A stretch of DNA of 8,637 bases from Octopus sinensis (GCF_006345805.1 NW_021828319.1:1-8637), one strand, 5' to 3'; positions 1 through 8,093 are shown, counted from the stretch's first letter. Notes: generated from the letters alone by a model not told the origin. Numbers and translations are program-made.

Positions 1-29
1 TACATTTGTGTCTATATATGTATGTATAC

Positions 30-30
<1 letters not shown>

Positions 31-66
<36 letters not shown>
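31..66. repeat. (AC)18 microsatellite
   Basis: Perfect AC run read directly from the sequence. Confidence 0.97.
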
Positions 67-73
<7 letters not shown>

Positions 74-391
74 GATATTGTATTATTTATACATACAGAT
101 GCAGAATTCTTCTAATTACAGAACAAGACTTTGGTCAATGCTGTTAATATAAGAAACTCTTATTAAAAACGGTTTTGATTCGACGCAAAGGCAATATTTT
201 TTTGAAAGAAACGAGAATATCTTTTCTTAGAGCAGAAATGGCAGAGCGCCAAAGAAATATTATTTTTTAATGTCTAAATGCCTAAGATAAGGAATCGTTA
301 GGATCGGATGTTGTTTTAATATCAATAAATAATGCTGTCTATCGATCTCACCAGCACAAAGATGAAAGACATAACAGACTAAGAGACTTAC

Positions 392-454
392 CTCTACTAT
401 GTTGCTGGATTCTATGTAATCCTCATTAAGTCAAGAGATGTGTATGTGTGTTAC
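392..454 (-). other. Candidate 63-nt non-coding/cryptic exon
   Basis: Minus strand: acceptor GTGTTTCTACTGTTTTACAG| (intron ends at 455) and donor GAG|GTAAGT (intron starts at 391). Stop codons in all three frames. Splice signals only, no transcript evidence. Confidence 0.35.
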
Positions 455-558
455 CTGTAAAACAGTAGAAACACGCGTAAGAATTATTTTTCAGAATTAT
501 GTGTCAGCCAATATGGAATTGTCTCCTTTTTATCCCAGCTCTCATTCTGTTTCATATG

Positions 559-715
559 CATACATACATACATACATACATACATACAAACATACATACA
601 GACAAACATACATACATACATGCATACATACATGAATACATTCGTACAAACTTGGATGCTTTCATACATAGGGACGTGCTTACCCCGACCCCGTATATAT
701 ATATATATATATATA
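559..715. repeat. Imperfect (CATA)n (559-633) and (TA)11 (694-715) microsatellites
   Basis: Seen directly; these explain the ORFs at 438-635, 484-744 and 499-762. Confidence 0.93.
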
Positions 716-1368
716 CACACACATACATTCATAGATACACACATATATTGATTTGTTTATAAATATAAACATACATACATAAATGAATTGTATAAGATGC
801 GGATTCATAGAATCATGCAGTTATCACAGAAAGCTCCTCTTGCGGATTCGGCTATCAGTTTACACAGTAATCAATTACAAAGAAATACAATGAAGAGTGT
901 CCGTGTAACTGAAAATCCTGAAAACCCAAACGATGACATTATTTCGTGAGGAGTATAGAAAATCATAATTTCAGGAGGTATGAGAGGTGAATATATATCT
1001 ATTTATCCATGTGTGTATGTAACCATGATGCTTCGGTGTATGTGATGAGCTAGCTTTATTTTCATTAATTTGTGAGTATATAATCGTATTGTATAATGCT
1101 GAGTATACATACTTATGCAAACATGTACGTATAATTTCTTCCTGACTGAAATTAATACTGCATAAAGAAGGTTGTGAAACGGCTGTAATCCTATGGAAGT
1201 CATGAGGATTAAGTGAACATATATATTCCTTTTCATACCTCCTTACTTTATGTTTTTTACATATACACATAAATACATAAATTCACAAGTTTATTACATG
1301 CAGTTCCATACATACAAACATGCATTCATACATAATTATATACCTAGACACATACATGGATATATATA

Positions 1369-1585
1369 CGACGGGGTGCTGTAAAGTTCCTGATTTTAAG
1401 GGTATCGCAGAAGGCTTGGTTGGAGGCCCAGCTTTTCGAGTTCTTTTACAAGGCTTAGAAAAGCTGAAGGACGGCTGTAATAAGTGTATGTGTCTGAGAG
1501 GGAAATATGTTGAATAAAACCATAATTAACTGATCCTCCTATATTTTCTTTTACCAAAAGCCAGGAACTTTTCAGCACCACTTCG
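1369..1585 (+). mobile_element. Non-autonomous, internally deleted mariner (Tc1/mariner) element, MITE-like, 217 bp
   Basis: 5' TIR CGACGGGGTGCTGTAAAGTTCCTG (1369-1392) vs reverse complement of 3' TIR CGAAGTGGTGCTGAAAAGTTCCTG (1562-1585): 21/24 identical. TA on both sides (1367-1368, 1586-1587). Contains a mariner transposase C-terminus. Confidence 0.92.
1449..1517 (+). pseudogene. C-terminal remnant of mariner transposase
   Basis: Translates QGLEKLKDGCNKCMCLRGKYVE*, matching the typical mariner ending G-I/L-x-K-L-x-x-R-W-x-K-C-x-x-x-x-G-x-Y-V-E, and lies just inside the 3' TIR. Confidence 0.8.
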
Positions 1586-2123
1586 TATATATATATATAT
1601 AATATACGTAGATGCAAACATACATATATGATTGGCACTAACTTTACTGTTACTACTGGCAGCCTAAAAAAAGAATTATTTCGCGTTCCATCGAAAGTTT
1701 ATAAAATTCTCACATGTTAACAACATATAATTATCGCTGGTAAGATTAATGTTATTAAAGTGGACTAAGAAATTAGGATTAGTAAAGTTTATTTGCCAAC
1801 AGAACGTGGCAGTCCTATAAAGGACGATGTTACTGTTGTTTTAGCCCCAAGAAAACAGTTTGTGTCCGAATAGCATTTGCAAGGGAGATCATCGTTTCCA
1901 TCTCTAGCCTTACGTGATACTCACAGACCCGGGTTCCCGAATGATTACCCGTCCTCAGTGTGAGATAACCACCGGCTAGTGATGAACGCTCTATCCACTC
2001 GCGAATACTATATATTTTTTAAGCGACACACAGTCGTTGATCTCGTATAGAGAAAAACAACTCGTTTTAAATTTCTGTGCGAGAGATATACCGTAAAAGT
2101 ACCAAATAGTAAAGTTTATGCTT

Positions 2124-2177
2124 TGGTAAAATGGTAAATCTAGAGGACATGTGGGTTCGTGTCCCACGGGTAGTTTT
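2124..2177 (+). other. tRNA-like Pol III A-box/B-box motif, probably a decayed SINE head
   Basis: A-box-like TGGTAAAATGG (2124-2134); T-arm hairpin GTGGG-TTCGTGT-CCCAC (2151-2167); TTTT at 2174-2177. No cloverleaf; B-box lacks the conserved A58. Confidence 0.35.
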
Positions 2178-2516
2178 CAACTTTTCTTATTCTGGGGGCT
2201 TTTTCAATCCTTTGTTTATATGCTACTGTCTATAGCTTTCTGGGTGTACTTCGAGAATCAATATTCCAAAAAAAATGTTATTTCACGTTCTCATGAGAGT
2301 TCATAAAGTCCCCATGACGTCAGCGACACACACACATGTATATACGTGCGCGCGCATGTTTGTACTCAGGTTATTTGTGCGCCCGTTAAGTTAGAGTGTA
2401 TGCGAGTCGAGTGGATTCTATAATAAAACTGATATTAGACATTATGAATACTAATTAACATTATTTGATACATGTATCATAATCTATATAAGCCACATCG
2501 CAGAATGACGCAAGCG

Positions 2517-2608
2517 CACACACAAACACACATACACGCACATACACACACACACACACAAACACACACAAACACACACACACACACAAACTCGCACACA
2601 GACACACA
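2517..2608. repeat. Imperfect (CA)n microsatellite
   Basis: CA run with interruptions, seen directly. Confidence 0.9.
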
Positions 2609-2822
2609 GGGCACATATATACACACATATAAATAAATGGCCGTTAATTCATTTCTTCATTATTATTAGCGCTTTCGCTCCTCTCTAGAACTTGCCAAAT
2701 ACAATTTTGTGAATGTCCAACTGGCTTATTCATTTATATAAAACATATGTTTTTTGTAGGGGTGGGGTTGTTTAGAAGAGAACATTGTTTTTGTTTTTTG
2801 GCGTGAGGTTCCAAGGCGATGG

Positions 2823-2910
2823 AGATGGATAGATAGAAATGTAGGTAGGCAGATAGATATATAGATAGACAGATGGATAGATAGATAGCTAGTCAGACGG
2901 ATAGACAGAT
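2823..2910. repeat. Degenerate (GATA)n microsatellite
   Basis: GATA/GACA/GGTA units seen directly. Confidence 0.85.
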
Positions 2911-2999
2911 GTGTAGAGGGAAAGAGAGAGAGAAAGGGTATCCACCTTCCTATTCACCATTCATTCATTCATTTAATTATTTTTCCTTACCTAACACTC

Positions 3000-3000
<1 letters not shown>

Positions 3001-3065
<65 letters not shown>
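3001..3065. repeat. (AC)32 microsatellite
   Basis: Perfect AC run. Confidence 0.97.
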
Positions 3066-3067
<2 letters not shown>

Positions 3068-3097
3068 GTAATGTAATAAAACATTACAGAGGATATA

Positions 3098-3610
3098 TCT
3101 ATATATATAAAACTGTAGTTGTGTGAGTGTCTGTCCCCTTCGATTTAGATTCCTAACTACTCCCACATTTTGCGGTGCAGTTTAACCAAATTCGGTATTT
3201 ATAGTCGTGATTCATATCGAGCCCCCGTCTGAGTATTAGCGCGCGTCTACGATGAGTCTACGATTTAAAAAATAATTTAACATCATTTTTTATTCCCTTT
3301 TAATGCATAATTTTTCGTGTGTCGATGACGGCGGAGTTGGCGTCCATGGTCACACCTGCACCTGTCTGCTTCTCCCCCTTCTTCCCTCCCTCGTGAAGCT
3401 GTGGGGAAGGGAGTGTAAGGAAATCAACGTCGTTAAAGCGTTGTCAGGAGACCAGCGTTCTTTTAGAACAACGACTTCATGGCTTGAAGACACCAAAACA
3501 GAAATGGCTAAGAAAGCCCGAATTGGCATCTATAAGGGAAGTAACTCTCTAAAAATGCTTATATAGTTATTTCCCTTACAAACCCGAGCAACGTCGGGCG
3601 ATACTGCTAG
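3098..3610 (+). mobile_element. Non-autonomous Helitron (rolling-circle transposon), 513 bp
   Basis: Starts TCTATATATATAAAACTG after A3097. Ends with hairpin CCCGA-GCAACG-TCGGG (3583-3598), an 8-nt spacer and CTAG (3607-3610), followed by T3611. A|T target without TSD; CpG-rich relative to flanks. All are canonical Helitron hallmarks. Confidence 0.9.
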
Positions 3611-3915
3611 TTATAAATAAAGATTATTTATGAATTTATCAATGGCCAAACATGTTATCATGAAATGCAAATAAGAAGAATGTTTATAATTATGAACAAG
3701 TCACAATTATAACTAAGAGGGTTAAAAAATCCCATACATGTTAAAAATAGCAACCAAAACCGCTCTAAAGCCATTATATCAATCATATTATTTCTCCTCA
3801 CGATACAAACGTTTTTCTTCTGTAAATATATATATATATATTTACAAATGTCAGCTCACATTTACACTCAAGATTTGCCAAGAAAATCCATTGAAAGATA
3901 TGTTAATATATATAC

Positions 3916-3946
3916 GTGTGTATGTGTGTATGTGTGTATGTGTGTA

Positions 3947-3981
<35 letters not shown>

Positions 3982-3990
3982 TTGTGTGTG
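3916..3990. repeat. (TG)n/(TGTGTA)n microsatellite
   Basis: Perfect (TG)15 at 3951-3980 with imperfect flanks. Confidence 0.93.
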
Positions 3991-4128
3991 ATATATGTAT
4001 ATATTTTATAGTTTACAAATACGAAAATAGCAGAGAAAAAAATATCATGTGCAAAATCAGATTAAGATCAAATCTGAAACGAAAAGGAAAAGAAACGTCG
4101 GAAAAATTGCATCATCATCAACAACACT

Positions 4129-4134
4129 ATAATA

Positions 4135-4230
<96 letters not shown>

Positions 4231-4234
4231 TAAT
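4129..4234. repeat. (AAT)n trinucleotide microsatellite
   Basis: Near-perfect AAT run with two GAT interruptions; gives the poly-Ile and poly-Tyr ORFs. Confidence 0.96.
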
Positions 4235-4385
4235 ATGAAGAAGGAGGAAGGAGAGAAGAAAAAGGTGGTGTAGGCATGTGGGGTTTAAGGTGAAGTAGAG
4301 TAAACATAAGATGATAATTGTCAATTTTTTTGTCAATACTGTTGTGATTCCAGCTTTTCTTTACACAGAAGGTGGAATGTAGTAA

Positions 4386-5250
4386 TGGTAGTAGAAGTGG
4401 TGGTGGTGGCGGTGGTAGTAGTCATATAGGTGCAGTGGGGGGTGAATGTGATGGGGTAGATGGGGTGAGTGTGAAGTTGTATTTGCGCGTTTAAGGATGG
4501 GTTGGTGGTTGTGGTGGTGATGGTGGTGGTAGTGGTTGTGGTGGTGGTGGTTGTGGTGGTTGTGATGGTGGTGGTGGTTGTGGTGGTAGGGTTTGTGGTG
4601 GTGGTGGTTGTGATGGTAGTGGTGGTTGTGGTGGTAGTGGTTGATGTGGTGGTGGTAGTTGTGATGGTAGTGGTGGTTGTGATGGTGATGGTTGTAGTTA
4701 TGGTGGTAGATGTGGTGGTGGTTGTGGTTGTGGTGGTGATGGTGGTAGTAATTGTTGTGTGGTGGTTGTGATGGTGGTGGTGGTTGTGGTGGTAGTGATT
4801 GTGGTGGTGGTGGTAGTTGTGATGGTAGTGGTGGTTGTGATGGTGATGGTTGTAGTTATGGTGGTAGATGTGGTGGTGGTTGTGGTTGTGGTGGTGATGG
4901 TGGTAGTAATTGTTGTGTGGTGGTTGTGATGGTGGTGGTGGTTGTGGTGGTAGTGATTGTGGTGGTGGTGGTGGTTGTGATGGTAGAAGTGGTTGTGGTA
5001 GTTGTAGTGGTTGAGGTGGTGATGGTGGTGGTGGTTGTGGTAGTGATGGTGGTAGTTGGGGTGGTGTTGTTTGAGGTGGCAGTGGTGGTGACAGAGAAAG
5101 TGGGGGAGGCTGCAGTATTGTTGATCGTGGTTGTCGTTGTTATTGTGGTAGTGATGGTGGTGACGGTGATGGACGTAATGGGGAAGGCAGTGGTGTTATT
5201 GGTGGTGTTGGTAGTGGTGGTGGTAGTAGTAGTGGCAGTGCTGAAAGTGG
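4386..5250. repeat. (GGT/GTT/GAT)n low-complexity G/T-rich triplet tract
   Basis: Almost C-free plus strand of degenerate GTG triplets; gives the poly-Val, poly-Thr and poly-His ORFs. Confidence 0.93.
4646..4972. repeat. Perfect 158-bp tandem duplication within the GGT tract
   Basis: 4646-4814 is identical to 4804-4972 by manual comparison; marker GTAATTGTTGTGTGG occurs at 4748 and 4906. Confidence 0.88.
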
Positions 5251-5296
5251 ATGATGATATATGGCTGATAATGTTTGGGAGAAATTCTGGCGGTTG

Positions 5297-5306
5297 TCGA
5301 TAATGT

Positions 5307-5357
<51 letters not shown>

Positions 5358-5652
5358 CGATGATGATCATGACAACGATATTGATAGTGATGATGATGCT
5401 GGTGCTGCAGATGATGATGATGGAGGTGATGATGATGATGATGATAGTGATAATAATGATGATGATGGTGATGATGATGATGGTGATGATGATGGTAAGG
5501 ATGTTGCTGCTGCTGCTGATGGAGCTGAAAACATTGGTGATGTTGGCGGTGGATGCGGTGCTGGTAATGATGACGAAGGTACAGTCTGTGGTGGAGGTGG
5601 TGGGTACGATGATAATGATGATAATGATGATGACGATGACGACGACGACGAC

Positions 5653-5683
<31 letters not shown>

Positions 5684-5760
5684 ACGATGATGATTACAAT
5701 GATGATAACGATGATGATGATGACGGTGATGATGAAGTTGATGGTAGTGGTGTTTATGGC
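5297..5760. repeat. (GAT/GAC)n trinucleotide low-complexity tract
   Basis: Long GAT runs with GAC/GCT/GGT patches; gives the poly-Asp and poly-Met ORFs. Confidence 0.92.
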
Positions 5761-5895
5761 GGTGTTGATAGAGATGGAGGTGGTATCGAGGTGATGCTGT
5801 AGCAATAGCGCACAATGATGGGGCTGGTGATGGCGGCGATGACAATGGCGATAATACAGGTGCAGGGGCTCAGAATAGCAATGGCTATACTGGCT

Positions 5896-6000
5896 AACAA
5901 CAACAATATCAAGAACAACAACAGTAGCAACAACAACAACAACAGCAGGAGCAGCAGCAAGAACGATAAGAACAACGACTACGAGGGCGATGACGATAAG
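5896..6000. repeat. (AAC/AGC)n degenerate trinucleotide tract
   Basis: AAC and AGC units seen directly. Confidence 0.85.
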
Positions 6001-6215
6001 ATCATCGATGCGGATTAATGACGTCAGCAAATCGCTCCATTAAAATAATGGAATCAATCATTGCTGTCGTCCATCACCGAATATTTGAAAGCCTGAATCA
6101 ACTGCAACATGGATAGATTTGCTGAAGAGGAGGCTTTTATTCTTGTTATCGTGTTATCATGTTATCTTATATGTTCAGCTTATCAGGGTCTGTCTGTTTG
6201 TCTATTACCTACCAA

Positions 6216-6486
6216 TATATGTATGTGTATGTATGCATGTATGTATGTATGTATGTATGTATGTATGTATGTATGTATGTATGTATGTATGTATGCATGC
6301 ATGTATGTATGTATGTATGTATGTATGTATGTATGTATGTATTATGTATGTATGTATGTATCTCTCTATCTATCTATCTATCTCTATATATTTGTATGTG
6401 TGTGTGTGTGCATATGTGTGCATATGTTTATATATATGCTTGTATATTTGTGTGTGTGTGTGTGGGTGGGTGTGTGTGTGTGTATG
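6216..6486. repeat. Compound (TATG)n-(TCTA)n-(TG)n microsatellite
   Basis: (TATG)n about 6216-6360, (TCTA)n about 6361-6386, (TG)n to about 6486. Confidence 0.95.
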
Positions 6487-6617
6487 TACACATGTAGCAC
6501 TTTCAAAATACGTTATGCTTTCTTCGAAACTGGACGCACTACCATCTGAATAAACATCAATTTACACTCTCTCGTTTTTTCCTGAGTGCTTTATCTTAAA
6601 TTGTGGCTCTCTCCTTA

Positions 6618-6628
6618 AACACACACAT

Positions 6629-6673
<45 letters not shown>

Positions 6674-7040
6674 TACACACATATATATATATACACACAT
6701 ATATATATAAACATGCAAACATGCATGAATTCATGTACGTACGTTCACTTATATATATACACAGATAAATTCCCCTATTTACATAATATCGAGGTCTCTT
6801 TCTTTTGTTGTCTTGCCATTTTTAACAATATATATATATATGTGTGTGTGTGTGTATACATACATACATACATACACACATACATACATATACATACATA
6901 TATATATATATATAATATATATATTACATATATAAATATATACCTTATATAATACTATATAATATTATATATATGTAGTACGTACGTGCATATATATATA
7001 TACATAATACATACATATATATATATATATTATATATATT
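6618..7040. repeat. Clustered (AC)n, (TA)n and (TACA)n microsatellites
   Basis: (AC)n 6631-6668, mixed TA/TACA runs 6829-7040, with a short unique spacer between. Confidence 0.9.
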
Positions 7041-7143
7041 ATCCACACGTGGTCAGTGGCTATCATATTGGAATTACTCTTTTAAATTTTTGCCCTTTTT
7101 CTCTTTGCCCTGTTTGTTCTCATGTGGTTTTATCTTTTGTTCT

Positions 7144-7180
7144 GTCAACTGATGAAAGACAATGTCCGAAACATTATAAC
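7144..7180 (+). ncRNA. Decayed minimal type I hammerhead ribozyme-like motif (Penelope-like retroelement type)
   Basis: Core CTGATGA (7149-7155), extra A, helix II (A)GAC-AAT-GTC(C), then GAAAC (7168-7172). Helix III reads ACAT instead of palindromic ACGT; helix I GTCAA/ATAAC pairs only 3/5. Probably inactive. Confidence 0.45.
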
Positions 7181-7289
7181 CATTAAATCTATTTTTGCCC
7201 TAACAACCAAACTCGTAATATTCATTGTAAGCTCATTATTCTTTTTGTTGTTTCTTTTTCGTTGTTTCTCGTATTCTTTCGTCTTAGCT

Positions 7290-7339
7290 ATATATACACA
7301 CACACACACATACATACATGCATACACACACACACCGAC

Positions 7340-7388
<49 letters not shown>
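7290..7388. repeat. (CA)n followed by (AT)n microsatellite
   Basis: Perfect AT run 7342-7388. Confidence 0.95.
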
Positions 7389-7389
<1 letters not shown>

Positions 7390-7541
7390 TTTGATACTTT
7401 GATAGGTTTCGGCCATTATTGGCCCAGGCCATGTCTAACTTAATAATACACCACCTGTGCTATTATATATATAAAAGTCAAGATAGAAAATGCAATATAA
7501 TTTTATAAAAAACTTCTGTACCGGTTCAGTCATCGAACTAT

Positions 7542-7556
7542 CTATGTATGTATATA

Positions 7557-7611
<55 letters not shown>

Positions 7612-7645
7612 TTTGTATGCATATGTGCCTATTTACTTACATATG

Positions 7646-7692
<47 letters not shown>

Positions 7693-7714
7693 TAATAAAA
7701 AGTAACACACATAC

Positions 7715-7748
<34 letters not shown>

Positions 7749-7822
7749 AGTGAGTGTGTGTATATGTGTGTGTGTTTGCGTGTGTGTGTGTGTGCGTATG
7801 TGTGCAGGTATGTATGTATGTC
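7542..7822. repeat. Three (TA)n runs plus (TG)n/(TATG)n
   Basis: Seen directly. Confidence 0.93.
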
Positions 7823-8075
7823 TATTCTCAAGATACAACATATCGGTTTGTACCGTAGTGGATGTACACCATCCGAAGCGTTGCTATTAGAAACGCCATG
7901 AAAATGTTTCATATATGTAAAAAATAAAAGGATGATTAAGAACCGAATATTTAAATTTATTACAAAGGTATCATGCCACGAATCCGATACACTGTATTCG
8001 ACACAAAGCAAATAACAGCTTTGTCGATGTCCCTTCTTCAGCGAGTTTGAGAGAAATACGGTAAATGTTTCTCAC

Positions 8076-8093
8076 CTTTCCTGTATCAGAACT
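8076..8093 (-). other. Candidate 18-nt microexon
   Basis: Minus strand: CCTCCATCTTATTTGTGCATTAG|AGTTCTGATACAGGAAAG|GTGAGA; frame-preserving length. Splice signals only. Confidence 0.2.

Noticed and set aside
797-949. 50-aa ATG ORF MRIHRIMQLSQKAPLAD...NPNDDIIS
   Set aside because: Short, unrecognised and without supporting gene signals; within chance expectation.
1042-1149. C-box GTGATGA and D-box CTGA about 100 nt apart (C/D snoRNA-like)
   Set aside because: No convincing terminal stem and no recognisable rRNA/snRNA guide.
1186-1211. Hairpin TAATCCTATG-GAAGT-CATGAGGATTA
   Set aside because: Isolated short AT-rich stem with no context; expected by chance.
1982-2305. Very degenerate inverted similarity between about 1982-2020 and 2268-2305 (possible old TIRs)
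   Set aside because: Needs several gaps, is driven largely by T/A runs and shows no TSD.
2985-2995. Strong minus-strand donor TAG|GTAAGG
   Set aside because: Upstream sequence is the (GT)32 run and antisense Helitron; no acceptor or exon can be defined.
3303-3566. 87-aa ORF inside the Helitron as a captured host gene
   Set aside because: No recognisable product; better explained as a decayed element-derived fragment.
5275-5802. 175-aa Asp-rich ORF superficially like molluscan acidic shell proteins (Aspein/Asprich)
   Set aside because: Starts at TTG right after an in-frame TAA (5269-5271). It has no ATG until the penultimate codon, no signal peptide and no good acceptor, and is explained by (GAT)n.
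4856-6030. Long minus-strand His/Thr-rich (329 aa) and Ile-rich (296 aa) ORFs
   Set aside because: (ATC)n and (ACC)n contain no stop in any frame, so long overlapping ORFs are expected. No GHG-type motifs of cephalopod His-rich beak proteins.
6494-6568. Minus-strand acceptor TTTATTCAG| followed by an open frame (D)GSASSFEESITYFESAT
   Set aside because: No acceptable donor before the microsatellite.
7994-8041. Minus-strand CTGAAGA, bulged hairpin, GAATAC (third hammerhead-like arrangement)
   Set aside because: GAAT instead of the essential GAAA, three extra bases before helix II and no helix I/III.
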